Source of the DNA: a virus
Lineage: Duplodnaviria > Caudoviricetes
Length of the DNA: 51,830 bases
Strand: one strand, 5' to 3'
IMG/VR virus record: IMGVR_UViG_3300049926_000051
Location: 1 to 51,830 of that record
A program made the translations under genes and the position numbers. Below, one piece after another: positions 37,175 to 47,329 of the stretch (position 1 is its first letter; each line of letters begins with the position of its first letter). The notes beneath the pieces were generated by a model, which saw nothing but the letters and a program-made list of their open reading frames with translations, did no database searches and was not told the DNA's origin.

Positions 37175-37591
37175 ATGCACGTTCAGACGCGGCAAATTGT
37201 CAACAGCGGGACGTCGATGACTGCGATGGGTGCTACGGCTACCGCTGCAACCGGTGACATGTCAGGCGCGATTACGTCTGACCCCGTCGATCTCTTGCAG
37301 TGCATGACCGGTTGTATCGAAGCGATTTGGACAGCGACCAGCACGCCGGTTGGTACCTGGGTTGTAGAGGCCAGTGGCGGGAGTTTCGATCAGAATCGTC
37401 CCGGTAACATCAACTGGTACGACATTACTTCGCTCATTACCCCCGCGCTGGCAGCCGTCAACGGCGCTGGATCGTTTCTGATCAACATCGGGAACCTGGG
37501 CTTCCGTGCCATTCGCGTTCGCTACGTTCGTACATCGGGCGGTCAGGCAGGAAACCTAAACATGTGGTTCTTCGGACACTCGGCCGCGTAA
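37175..37591 (+). CDS. virion beta-sandwich protein
   Basis: W.VEAS...NWYDI...FRAIRVRY pattern; start placed at ATG 37175. Confidence 0.65.
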   Translation: MHVQTRQIVNSGTSMTAMGATATAATGDMSGAITSDPVDLLQCMTGCIEAIWTATSTPVGTWVVEASGGSFDQNRPGNINWYDITSLITPALAAVNGAGSFLINIGNLGFRAIRVRYVRTSGGQAGNLNMWFFGHSAA

Positions 37592-37597
37592 GAACCT

Positions 37598-38365
37598 ATG
37601 GCCAGTATTATCGGGCCACCGCTTGGGTTACGGGCGGGGTTGTATAACCAGATTACGTGGGGAGCGTCGGCATTAACCCCACCTGGATCGCCTCTCATTT
37701 GGTTCGACGCGCAGAACATAGACGGAACGAACAATTCGTCTCTCATTGACGGTCAGAGCATCGGGACCTGGACGAATCTCGGTAGCCTGGGCGCGACCGG
37801 TAATGCCGTTCAGGCCACGGCAGGGCTCAAGCCGATCTTCCGACTGGTCGCCGCCGCCGGCAAGATCAACAACAAAAGCGCCGTGGAATTCACTGCGGCG
37901 AACTCTTCGTGTATGGCCACAACGACATTTGCGGGACAAGGCACGACGATTTACTACGCCGCGATTGTGAAAGCCAAAACGAGTCAGGGTGCAGGCGGAT
38001 GGATAGTCGATGGCTTCGCTGGTAACCGACAACAGTGGGGATTTGTCGCGCTTCAGCACCGCCTCTTTTCGGCCAGTGGAGCGCCCACAACCGGACAGAC
38101 CATCGCATTGAATACCTGGCAGAGCGTTGGTGCTCAGTTCAGCGGAACATCGACGTCGTCGTTCTCGCGACAGGAGGGCGTTTCATCGGCGTTGGTTGAC
38201 ACCAGCCCTGGAGCCAGCCTAACTAACATCGCCCTCGGGTGTGGCGCTGGTGGCGCTGCGACGTTCGACGGGTTTATCGAAGAACTGCTGGTCTATGTTG
38301 GTACACCGTCGATTGCGCCGATTGAGGCGTATCTGACGGCCAAAGTGGGGACAACGCCGCAATGA
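37598..38365 (+). CDS. LamG/concanavalin A-like lectin-fold protein, candidate receptor-binding protein
   Basis: LIWFDAQ...IGTWTN.GS...AVQAT...P...FDGFIEELLVY...IEAYL. Confidence 0.72.
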   Translation: MASIIGPPLGLRAGLYNQITWGASALTPPGSPLIWFDAQNIDGTNNSSLIDGQSIGTWTNLGSLGATGNAVQATAGLKPIFRLVAAAGKINNKSAVEFTAANSSCMATTTFAGQGTTIYYAAIVKAKTSQGAGGWIVDGFAGNRQQWGFVALQHRLFSASGAPTTGQTIALNTWQSVGAQFSGTSTSSFSRQEGVSSALVDTSPGASLTNIALGCGAGGAATFDGFIEELLVYVGTPSIAPIEAYLTAKVGTTPQ

Positions 38366-38658
38366 GCTTGGCGCTTGGTCACACGCCGGCAAATCGTGGT
38401 GTCATTTCCGTTCCAGTTGGGCGCATGTTTGCGATCTCGGCACCTATTGACTGTTGGATCTCGATTAGCACAAACGCCGGTGGCGACGCGCTTCTCTCTA
38501 ACTATCAGTTCGCCTGGATTCTTGCAGGCAAGGTCTACACGTTTCTTATCCCCGCGGCATCCGGTAGCGCGTTTCTCAGTGGCCTTACTACCGCCCTAAA
38601 TGGCGACACTACGCCGACCCAACTCACGTTCATCGATTCGGGAGCAAGCGGGATTTAA
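38362..38658 (+). CDS. small virion-associated protein
   Basis: ATGA coupling; beta-rich. Confidence 0.55.
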   Translation: MSLALGHTPANRGVISVPVGRMFAISAPIDCWISISTNAGGDALLSNYQFAWILAGKVYTFLIPAASGSAFLSGLTTALNGDTTPTQLTFIDSGASGI

Positions 38659-38661
38659 CCT

Positions 38662-38835
38662 ATGACCTGGCGTCACGTTGCTTGCATTATTGCCGCTTGC
38701 GCCCTGCCGGTGGTTTGCGGTTTTTCGGCTCAGTGTTCGGCTACTTCGCTCAAGGAAGTAATTGGGCTGAGCAGCATTGTAGTCGCTGGAATCCTGGGAA
38801 ACGCGATGCAAAGCAAGTCCGAGTCGCCCAAGTGA
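38662..38835 (+). CDS. holin-like protein (57 aa, not in the ORF track)
   Basis: MTWRHVACIIAACALPVVCGF...VIGLSSIVVAGILG then a polar tail; two hydrophobic segments upstream of the lysin. Confidence 0.55.
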   Translation: MTWRHVACIIAACALPVVCGFSAQCSATSLKEVIGLSSIVVAGILGNAMQSKSESPK

Positions 38836-38838
38836 ACA

Positions 38839-39117
38839 ATGGATATAGGAAATGATGACCCCACTGTCGTCGAGTCTATTGCGGCCTTACGCGCTCGAGC
38901 CACGGAACGGCTCATTGCCAGCGCAGAACTTCGAGCGCAAGCAAGTAGACAGCTTCTCAGCGGCATCACGTGCATTGCTAGGGCTATCCCGTTGCTCGAT
39001 CTCCTTGACGGAACTGAGCACGAACATTTTGCAAGCCGCCTCGCGGAAGACATGGCGGACGTCCGACGGTTCATGGAAGACCTCGAATTGTCAGTTCGTT
39101 TCTCCGGTCCCAAATGA
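38839..39117 (+). CDS. hypothetical helical protein
   Basis: Fills the gap between the holin-like and lipoprotein genes. Confidence 0.5.
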   Translation: MDIGNDDPTVVESIAALRARATERLIASAELRAQASRQLLSGITCIARAIPLLDLLDGTEHEHFASRLAEDMADVRRFMEDLELSVRFSGPK

Positions 39118-39127
39118 AAGGAACAGT

Positions 39128-39484
39128 ATGTCAAAGGTTCTGAAGGTTCTCATGATCGCAGGCGCCGTCCTCGCGGCGATCATCATGTTTCTCATGACGC
39201 ACGGGTGCGCGACCACGGCGAAGGTCGTCCCTATCGTCAAGGCATGCGAGCCGACGACGTCGCAGGAATCGGCCATTCTCGGTGCGCTCTCAAATCCCGC
39301 TCAAGCAGCCGCCATGGTCGAAATGGACGCCCTAGACTTCGGTCTGTGCGTGCTTCAAAAGGGCGTTGATGAAATCATTGAGGCAGTGACGCCGAAATCT
39401 GGGACCACGGCGCAGGCGCTAACGGCGGCCGCTTACAGCCCTGTCCTGGACAATGCGCGCGCGTGGCGAGCGGCTCACCCATGA
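39128..39484 (+). CDS. membrane-anchored protein / lipoprotein, spanin-like candidate
   Basis: MSKVLKVLMIAGAVLAAIIMFLMTHG-C signal-like segment; AAGGA site. Confidence 0.55.
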   Translation: MSKVLKVLMIAGAVLAAIIMFLMTHGCATTAKVVPIVKACEPTTSQESAILGALSNPAQAAAMVEMDALDFGLCVLQKGVDEIIEAVTPKSGTTAQALTAAAYSPVLDNARAWRAAHP

Positions 39485-40074
39485 AGTGTCTGGCGGCTCT
39501 GACGGGCCTTGTGCTCTGGCTCGGATGCGGGGCGGCTCCGGTTGGTGTCTCGGAACAGGCTGACCAACGGCCACCCGGCGTGATTTGCGGACCGTCGACA
39601 TGGCAACCCAGCGCTGAACCTCCAATGACGGGCGGATGCTTATGGGTCCCGAACGCTTACGGGCCTCAGGCAAACGTGCAGGCTTGCGATACCAGGTGGG
39701 ACGTCCCATCGGGCTACATCGATATCTTCGACCGGCCCTACACACTTTCCGGCGGCATCTACTCACCGCCATATGGGACGGCGAACTGCGCGCGGCTAAA
39801 TGACAGCGTCGGTGGCTTTTTCGATTGGACGACGTTCCAGTATTTTGGCTGGGCCAATCCCGGGTCTCCGATTCGCAGCGTCAGAATCGGCCCGCATACC
39901 ACCGTCGTGTTCGGCGACAAGGCCTTCGATAGTCACGCGCCCGATTACTGTGATGAGACGGGCCACTGCTACGGCTGGGCTGGCGGGTCGATGATTCCAG
40001 CGAACATCGTCGACACGTGGACAGCGGCGTTCTCGGGCTTCGCAATGGCTTCAGTCTGGGTCCACAGGCCGTGA
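39481..40074 (+). CDS. Cys-containing lipoprotein, possible beta-gamma-crystallin-like domain
   Basis: MKCLAALTGLVLWLG-C lipobox-like; IRSVRIGPHTTVVF segment. Confidence 0.55.
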   Translation: MKCLAALTGLVLWLGCGAAPVGVSEQADQRPPGVICGPSTWQPSAEPPMTGGCLWVPNAYGPQANVQACDTRWDVPSGYIDIFDRPYTLSGGIYSPPYGTANCARLNDSVGGFFDWTTFQYFGWANPGSPIRSVRIGPHTTVVFGDKAFDSHAPDYCDETGHCYGWAGGSMIPANIVDTWTAAFSGFAMASVWVHRP

Positions 40075-40541
40075 CGCCACTCGCAGCAAAGACTCTCGAA
40101 CTCGCCGCCGCGTGTATCGGGACGCACGAGGAACCGCCAGGTAGCAACCGCAGCCCGCGCATCGACGAATGGCTACGGCGTAGGGGCCTTGATCCGGAGA
40201 AGGGTTCGTATCCCTGGTGCGCTGCTTTCGCGTGCGCCATGATCGAAGATGCCGCAAATGCGCTTCCTGAGCTACTCCAGCTGCACCGCTCCGCGCGCTG
40301 CAAGAACCTCGTCGAGCTGAATCACGAGTTCTATCTTGCGGCCCCCGAGCCTGGCTGCATATTCGTGCACCTGAACGCCGACGGGACGGGTCACACGGGG
40401 TTCATAGAGACGGTAAACGCGGATGGCTCACTCTCGAGCCTGGAGGGCAACACGGACGCAGCCGGTGGTCGTACAGGCGGCCAGGTGATGCGGCAGACGC
40501 GCAGCCCTGGATACGCGCAGGTGTTCATTCGGATCGCCTAG
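40071..40541 (+). CDS. CHAP-domain endolysin
   Basis: PWCAAF (Cys), GHTG (His), EGNT; start placed at GTG 40071. Confidence 0.87.
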   Translation: MTPLAAKTLELAAACIGTHEEPPGSNRSPRIDEWLRRRGLDPEKGSYPWCAAFACAMIEDAANALPELLQLHRSARCKNLVELNHEFYLAAPEPGCIFVHLNADGTGHTGFIETVNADGSLSSLEGNTDAAGGRTGGQVMRQTRSPGYAQVFIRIA

Positions 40542-40785
40542 CGCGCTGACACGCGCGATGAAGCTGCGACGGACTCATCCTGGTCATCATCTCGGCGGCG
40601 CGGATGCACAGCTCATGGCCATTTTCGCGAGCCCATTTCAGACAGAACTCGGCGCAGTCGTAGTTTCCGTCGTCGACGAGAACATGCAGACAGCATCCGA
40701 CGCCGCCCTCTGGCGAGGCGTAAATCTGCCGTACTAGAGCCGCGACCTCGGGCACCTTGGGCCGGTCGGGAGGGTATCTTGTCAT
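40525..40785 (-). CDS. hypothetical phage protein
   Basis: GCCLHVLVDDGN motif; last gene of the leftward arm. Confidence 0.65.
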   Translation of the reverse strand: MTRYPPDRPKVPEVAALVRQIYASPEGGVGCCLHVLVDDGNYDCAEFCLKWARENGHELCIRAAEMMTRMSPSQLHRACQRARRSE

Positions 40786-41198
40786 CCCTCATCCTCCATC
40801 GGTTCGATCGTGAGTTCAACGCGCGGGTTCTTGCGGTCCAGTCTTAAGCGCGAGCCGTCCCAACTCTTGATCTGAGAATCGTCGGCCAGTACGCACGGGA
40901 CACGGTTCCTTCGCCCGCCGCCGCCCTGTAGCGCATCGCCGATGGCCTGGAAAAAGTTGTGGATGTCACCGGTGTCGCGCGCGCGATAGATTTGGGCGTT
41001 TACGGTGACATCGCTCCAGAATGTCGGCAGACCAGGGACCGCGCGCGGAAGCACCTGTCGCCGCAACTGTCCTATCGCGTCCTTCTCCCAGTCCTTCGAC
41101 TTCTTCGACGGCATGACTCGGATACCGCCGCCCTTAGGACGGAAGATGCGCTGACTGGTTTTCTTCGTGGCAGGCGACCCGATTATCGTGAGCTTCAA
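40782..41198 (-). CDS. rusA: RusA-like Holliday junction resolvase
   Basis: GSPATKK, DIHN....IGDAL, VLADDSQI, NPRVEL; start placed at TTG 41198. Confidence 0.85.
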   Translation of the reverse strand: MKLTIIGSPATKKTSQRIFRPKGGGIRVMPSKKSKDWEKDAIGQLRRQVLPRAVPGLPTFWSDVTVNAQIYRARDTGDIHNFFQAIGDALQGGGGRRNRVPCVLADDSQIKSWDGSRLRLDRKNPRVELTIEPMEDEG

Positions 41199-41497
41199 GC
41201 TCGCTTCTCCTTGGTTGCGACGGTTTCGATAGCAGCATCGGCGGCCACGAACCAACTGTCAGACGGTTGCTTGTCATCACATTGGCCATGGCGATACGCG
41301 GCCCACACCCGGCGTTGCAACTCTCGCGGCACCATGCGCCAGTGCCGTAGGCACATGAGCATCTCTGGCTTCGTCTGAACTGTGCAGCCTCGCGCATGGC
41401 AGTGGTGAGCGCCGACTAGGCTGTGCTTGGTAGCCGGAAAGTGCCCATCCTCAAGGACGCACTGGCCGCCACTTGAATGAACAAGAGGGCACCTCAT
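41195..41497 (-). CDS. Cys/His-rich hypothetical protein
   Basis: HCHARGC...LMCLRHW.MVP motif. Confidence 0.65.
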   Translation of the reverse strand: MRCPLVHSSGGQCVLEDGHFPATKHSLVGAHHCHARGCTVQTKPEMLMCLRHWRMVPRELQRRVWAAYRHGQCDDKQPSDSWFVAADAAIETVATKEKRA

Positions 41498-41546
41498 CTC
41501 CGCCTCCACAGTCCCGCTCGCCGCTTCTCCTGCTGGGTACGGCTGA

Positions 41547-42215
41547 TCATGGCGCCCTGCCAGTCTCGGGGAAATTCAGCGCTGCAAACTCACCGAACAC
41601 GGCCAGTGCCCATGCGTCATAGACCCGTGCCGCTGCTTCTGGATTGTCGAATGTCCCCAGCCAGCGACGGCGGCGGTAGAACCTAATATTTGCGATCCAC
41701 CGATTGGCCTTCTTGTGGAAATGAACGCCTCGATATCCGCTTCGATTGTTCTTATTGATTCTCGCGTTGGCCGAGTTCTGTGTGTGCGTAGCCGGCCTCA
41801 GATTGGAGATTCGACAGTCAAGCCGATTGCGGCTCTCGTGATCGAGTATCGCCGCGTCCTGTTTGCGGGCCAGTCTCCAGACAAAGCTGTGTAACGACAG
41901 GAGAACGCGCCTGCCATCCAGTGAGCGCACGGTGGTCGTCGCGTAATGAAAACCCTCCCTGGTCTTGTGCGCATACCAGGCGTGGCGACCAACCTCGCTT
42001 GCGAACTCGGTATCGATGAGCGCCTGCATACCCTTGTCGAGTTGCACGATCGAAACGCTGGCCACAACATCATGCTGAACGATCGGGCGCAGTTCTCTCG
42101 TCTTCAGCGGGGCCAATGGCCTTCCTGTCTGCGATTGTCGCCAGTGAGACATGCAGTATCCGTGCGCCATGTGTTTTCTGACGCAACCACCAAAAACACA
42201 GAGGCGCGCGCTCAT
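41547..42215 (-). CDS. HNH-AP2 homing endonuclease
   Basis: LDHESRNRLDCRISNLR (HNH), SGYRGV...W.A.I...LG.F...AAARVYD (AP2); N-terminal C/H finger. Confidence 0.92.
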   Translation of the reverse strand: MSARLCVFGGCVRKHMAHGYCMSHWRQSQTGRPLAPLKTRELRPIVQHDVVASVSIVQLDKGMQALIDTEFASEVGRHAWYAHKTREGFHYATTTVRSLDGRRVLLSLHSFVWRLARKQDAAILDHESRNRLDCRISNLRPATHTQNSANARINKNNRSGYRGVHFHKKANRWIANIRFYRRRRWLGTFDNPEAAARVYDAWALAVFGEFAALNFPETGRAP

Positions 42216-43069
42216 TTCCGCCTCCAAAGACCAGAACGCCACCCGGCGGCGTAGGCGAGGCGCTGGTGCTCAGCGAGAGTGACATCGAGGAAGTTGCCGT
42301 TCTCGTTGCTCCACCAATAGCAGCCGCCCTGTGCGCCGCAGTCGCACGCATCGCGAAACCTCACTTGCGCCCCCGCCTCGCGCGCGTGGCGCACGCTTCC
42401 ATCGAAACGATACACCGCTTGCAATCGACCTCGGCGAGCTGACTCGTGCAGAACACGCCCGCAGCCCCCGACGTAGTGCCGCATAAAGCTCGGTAGTCGT
42501 CAGTTTCCCGGTCGATAGCTAGCAGGTGCGTTTTCATCGCTTGACCCGCCTCGCGCGCGTGGCGCGGTCGAGCGTTACAACCAGGACTGTCAGCGCCATT
42601 CTGCCCGCGTCAATCGCCAAGCCGTCGCGCACGGCCCGCAGCGTCTTCAGCGCCTCCCGTTGCAGCGCGCGGATTCGACGGCGTTCAAGAGTAGCGCCAT
42701 CCTCCTCGCCAACCTCGAAACCGGCGTCCCACGCGGCATCGACTCGCTTGTCGGTTTCGCTTTTCAAGCTCCCTCCGTTCCGCGGCGCTTGAGGCTGGCG
42801 CAGTACAGACAGTTGCCAACGTCTCTATCAGCTCGTGATAGCGCCATACATTCGACCGAGCAGTAGTCGTCGTTGCGTAGGTCGCGACTAGCCTCACCCC
42901 GTTCCCGCGCCTCGGCGATGGTTTGGGTATACGATTCCGCAAGTTGGTCGCAGTGCCAGCCATGCGACCACCCATGCGATGCGCACCACGGCATACCGTT
43001 ACGCTCGGCCCAGTCGTGCGCCAGTCGCCGACCGTGCCGCCTATCCTCATCGGTGATACGGGAGCTCAT
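42212..43069 (-). other. four small coupled hypothetical genes (42212-42364, 42361-42537, 42534-42767, 42764-43069)
   Basis: Successive ATGA, GTGA and TTGA overlaps. Confidence 0.55.
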
Positions 43070-43404
43070 GTGCGGGCCTTTGCTCGGTGTCTTTCCCAGA
43101 CGTCGGGGTGAATTGCGCCCGGAGGGATCGGAGCTTCAAGCAGCGCGATCAACGCCAGCTCCGGCGTTAGGTAGTCATCGCCGTAGACGTCCCAAATGTG
43201 TCCTTGGCCAGGTCCTTTCGAGTATCGAAGATATACCTCCCCAAAACGCACGACGGTTCTGGGTCGTGTGTCGGGCTGCGGAAACGGAGGCATGTGCCCC
43301 ACAATGATTTCGGCGTGGCTGCGCCAGATGTCGCGATTGCCGTGCCGGGTGTCGAACAGCTCGGCCAGGAGCTTCTCAACGGTGAAAAGCTTCGGGTCAA
43401 TCAT
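43066..43404 (-). CDS. hypothetical protein
   Basis: AAGGAG site before ATG 43404. Confidence 0.65.
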   Translation of the reverse strand: MIDPKLFTVEKLLAELFDTRHGNRDIWRSHAEIIVGHMPPFPQPDTRPRTVVRFGEVYLRYSKGPGQGHIWDVYGDDYLTPELALIALLEAPIPPGAIHPDVWERHRAKART

Positions 43405-43423
43405 GGTCGCTCCTTTCGGGCGC

Positions 43424-45165
43424 TCACGGCTTACCTCGGGCGGCGATGCGGTTGCGTGCTCGAATGACACCTGCTCTGGTGATTTCGATTGTCTCTAGCT
43501 CTTCGTCGCTGGCCTTCCGTTGGGCGGCAACCTCGTACTCCTCATCCATCGCCCCGACGAGTCTTTCTATGTCCACGCGTATTTCCTTCCGTTCCGCCCG
43601 CGCCCCCTCTTCGCGTCCGGCACGGACCAGCTTCATCGCGAAACTAAGTTCACCGGGTCGCGCTCCGAAACTGATCGCTATCTCCCGTACCTTCGCCTCG
43701 TTGTCGCCCAAGAACGCGTTGACCCGCGCCGCGAGACACTCCCTGTATTGTCCGCACGCCCCGGGCGAGTTGCACGCGCCAGTTGCGGATGCGCAGGGGC
43801 GAGGAGCAGTGTCGGGCGGGGATGCTATTCGCGCGCGGTTGCATGCCAGGCAGTCCTCGGTGCAGTTCGGGCACGATAGGCGTGGGAACTCGCACGAGCA
43901 CGCTACCGCATCGCCGAGCACGTCTCCATCGCCCGTGAGTGTCGGCGGAATCGAGATGGGCGGCTCGACGAACTCATGGTCAATCAGGTGCGCATTGGCG
44001 GCGTGATTCGCGCGCGAAGTTCCACAGCGCGCGCGCCTATCCTCGCCGCTCATCGCTCGCCATCCCAGCAAGAGGCCATGTCGTAATGCGGCCTGCGGTC
44101 CAGCAGCTCACCGGGGCGCGACGCGACGTCGGGAGGGCGTGGGTAGTCGGTGTAGGCGATTTCGAGCCGCTTGCGCCAATCGGAGTCAGGTGTGCATGCC
44201 GTGACCGTCGAGCCGTACCGCCGCCCGCATGCGAGACACAGGCGCACGACATCGCCAAAATATTGCGTCGCACAATACGGATCGCTGAAGTCGTGGGCGC
44301 GCGGGGGAGGGGCCTTTTTGCGTTCGGCCGCAATTGCTCGCGCAATGTCGCAGTCGGCGCAGTGGTATCGATGGCCGTGATCGCAGAGCTTATTCTCGAC
44401 CGGCGCAGGCGCGTCGGCGATGAGGGTCCAGTTCGCGGTTAGCCATTCCTCGGCGACCACATTGCTAGTTATGTCGCGAGGCTCATAAAGCCAGTAGCCG
44501 TCCTTTTGGCGGCTTACAATTGTAACGACTTTGTCACCAGGGCGCCGGTAGCGCTGCCCGATTCGGTTTGGCACATTCGCCCTCCGCTCGACGGGCACCG
44601 GCGAAGAGGGAAGGGGAGGGACGCGGGCGGTCATACAAGCCTGCGTGCACCACACCTCCCTGACGCCGACCCCATTGACCGTGAATCCAGCCAGTGTCGG
44701 GCGACCCATGCGCTTGTCATCGCTCTCCATCCACGTCTTGCGTCCGCACCACACCTTGCATCCGCTCCGGTCGGGCGTGGGATGGGCGAGTGGTATGAAG
44801 TCGGGCGTGCTCAACTTCGGAACGGCGGAGCACTTGTTACACAAAATGTGTGGTGTCCAAGTTGCGCAACCGCTCGGCAGTTGGCACTTCTCGTATCCCT
44901 CAGGACATCCTTCAGGTCTAGTCGTTTCCATCTATCGTCCTCCTGTCAAAACTCGCATTCGTACGCTTGCCGCGATGTCGCTAGCCATCGATGACAGAAA
45001 CCCACGGTCGATCAGATCATCAACTAATGCCGACAGCGTCATCTCGATCGCCAAGTCGTATGGCGACAGTTCCAGCGTCGGCGGTTCGAAAACTACGATC
45101 TTGTCAGTGTCAAGGGCCTCAAGAATCTCCATCGTCCACCCGCCCGGTTTTGTGTTATCGTTCAC
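43424..45165 (-). other. three hypothetical genes, two Cys-rich (43424-44053, 44050-44931, 44932-45165)
   Basis: Coupled ORFs; multiple CxxC units in the first two. Confidence 0.55.
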
Positions 45166-45325
45166 GCGCCAGTGTCCAAGCCGTTAGAACAGGAAATAGC
45201 CGCCGCTCGAGCGAGGCGCGAGCGTACCGCCGCTCAACTTCACGCCGAGGACATCGCCCTGGAACGGTTGATCGAGGCCCAGCAGGCTTTAATCTCGGCG
45301 GTTATCGAAGAACATCGAGATACAG

Positions 45326-45375
45326 TATTGCACAATAGACACGGACGTGCAATAGAAATAGACACGATGGACACG
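45326..45375. promoter_or_regulatory. operator/promoter cluster of the divergent switch
   Basis: Inverted repeat TATTGCAC/GTGCAATA; AATAGACACG twice; GGACACG. Confidence 0.55.
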
Positions 45376-45618
45376 ACGACTACGACGCGAGGACCCAAGC
45401 TTGAAACCTCACATGTAGGAGCCAAGAGAATCCGCAAGGTAGATGGTTCGATATCAGCGTTCGCCAGAAAACACGGCCTGCATCGCACTACGGTGCGCAG
45501 CTGGTATGCGACAGAAGGAGATGCCGCAAGACGAATTCCACGAAAGTGGGCGAACCTGCTTGCCAAACCTCCCTATGAGATCCCAGAAATCGCCTGGCGT
45601 AACGGCATAGAAGATTAA
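45367..45618 (+). CDS. Cro-like HTH regulator (frame open from 45172)
   Basis: GSISAFARKHGLHRTTVRSW...RRIP. Confidence 0.75.
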   Translation: MDTTTTTRGPKLETSHVGAKRIRKVDGSISAFARKHGLHRTTVRSWYATEGDAARRIPRKWANLLAKPPYEIPEIAWRNGIED

Positions 45619-45622
45619 AATC

Positions 45623-45680
45623 GACACAGCCTGTGTCTTTTTTCTTGCCCGCGCTGTGTTCAATGTGTCAGTATCTGAAT
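45623..45680 (+). promoter_or_regulatory. operator palindrome and probable promoter
   Basis: GACACAG-C-CTGTGTC, further TGTGTY copies; TTGCCC-N18-CAGTAT, 6 nt before ATG 45681. Confidence 0.5.
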
Positions 45681-45884
45681 ATGTCGAATGGACACGACAC
45701 TGAAGCGACGGCGGTAACCGACTCTCGTCGCCTGAACTCGCGGACAGCTCCCGATGAGCAACTGTGGTCGGCGATTCGTACCGCGAAGGATCGCCTGATC
45801 TCGGCACTCGAAGCCGAGCCGGTAATGGCGAAGGTTCACACCATGGCGGCGCTGTCGGCGTTGCGCGGTATTGCTGAGGAATGA
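45681..45884 (+). CDS. hypothetical protein
   Basis: ATG just after the putative promoter. Confidence 0.55.
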   Translation: MSNGHDTEATAVTDSRRLNSRTAPDEQLWSAIRTAKDRLISALEAEPVMAKVHTMAALSALRGIAEE

Positions 45885-46360
45885 CCATGTGTTACTTCTG
45901 CGTCGAACAGACTTGCGATCCCTGCGAAGACTTCAGCGTCGACGAGTCCGAGGAGTGCGACGAAGCGCCGATTGAGGGTTCACCGCACGATCGTGACGTT
46001 CAGACCGATCATTGCGTCAACTGCAAGCGGGAGTTGCGGCCATGAAAGCCCGTCCTCTGTTCTGCGTCCGCTGCAAGTTCCAGCGCTTGACCCACGACGT
46101 GCTCAAAGGCGCGTGTATCAAGTTTGTTGAACCGGGATCAAAAGAGGCGAAGTCGCTGAAGGCTAAGCAACTTGAGGTAGTCAGATGAACCTGGACAACC
46201 GAGCCGTTATTGTCGCGATCCGTAACTCACGTCCCGCCCGTCGCATCCGTTGGTTCTGGCCGCTGTTTGTGGTCAGGGTTACCGGTATCGTGCTTGCCGG
46301 TACATTCGTGATGTTGGTCCTCGCAGCGGCTGAGAACGTCATTGCACGGAGATTGGGGCG

Positions 46361-47102
46361 GTGAAAATCAACGGCGAAGACGTCGAGCTCGTCACTGACT
46401 TCGCGACATTGCGGAGCGGGATGATTGTATGGGTTACGGCGTGCGGCGGGTGCCAAGGGTTTCACCGTGTAATTCTAATAAAACACACCCCTTGGCCGGT
46501 TCTGTTTCACCCGCCGGGCACGAAGGCGTGGCTGTTTCTTCCGACCGTGCACGGACTTGACAGATTAGTGGTCGCTCCCAGTGCAGTCTCTAATGGCATC
46601 GTCTTTCGCGTCGTTGACGGATTCTCTCAATCGTCCGGGCACAAGGAGCACATTGGCACTAAACCCAATGCTCGGGTGCGCGCGTGATCTCTGACGATAT
46701 CGCCCGGGTTCTGGCCGATCGCTTTTGGGAACGTGATCCGCTCAGTTTCCTCGGTCTGTGCGCCGAGTGCCGCGACCACGGAATCACGCTTCTGGATTTC
46801 ATCAAACAACGGACCGAAGAACTGCGAGAGATGCGAAAGAAGGTTGCAGCATGAAAACGCTTGAGGAGTTTACGGGAACGATGTTGGCGATGTCCGCCGC
46901 GCTGCTCATGGGCCGCATGTACGACGACGCAAGGGCCATTGTGGCGTTTCCTGCGCCTGTTGGCACCAACGCATCAGCCAACGCGGCATGGGTAAAGTTC
47001 CAGGCCGCGTCCAAAGCGCTAATCGCGGCGCTGGACGAATGCGAATCTGTCGGCGGTGATTTGCAGCAGGCGGAAAAGGCCGCTGCTGGAGGCATGCAGT
47101 GA
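46361..47102 (+). other. hypothetical genes (46361-46687, 46851-47102)
   Basis: ORFs in the rightward early operon. Confidence 0.5.
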
Positions 47103-47329
47103 AGCGTCTCATCCTTGGTCTGTCGCTTCTTTTTGCGGGTTGTGAGTCGTCGACTCAGTTTGGCAAGTGCGTCGATATCGCCAAGGACAATGCCGATCCG
47201 AAGCTGGAATATGAGCTTTCGGCGCACAACGTGATTCTTGGAATCGTGTTCGTTGAGATGGTTTTTCCACCGCTCATTGTTGCGCTGTCGGAGACGTATT
47301 GCCCGACAGGGATTAAGGCGAAGCCGTGA
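47099..47329 (+). CDS. small lipoprotein / membrane protein
   Basis: MKRLILGLSLLFAG-C lipobox plus a second hydrophobic segment. Confidence 0.75.
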   Translation: MKRLILGLSLLFAGCESSTQFGKCVDIAKDNADPKLEYELSAHNVILGIVFVEMVFPPLIVALSETYCPTGIKAKP

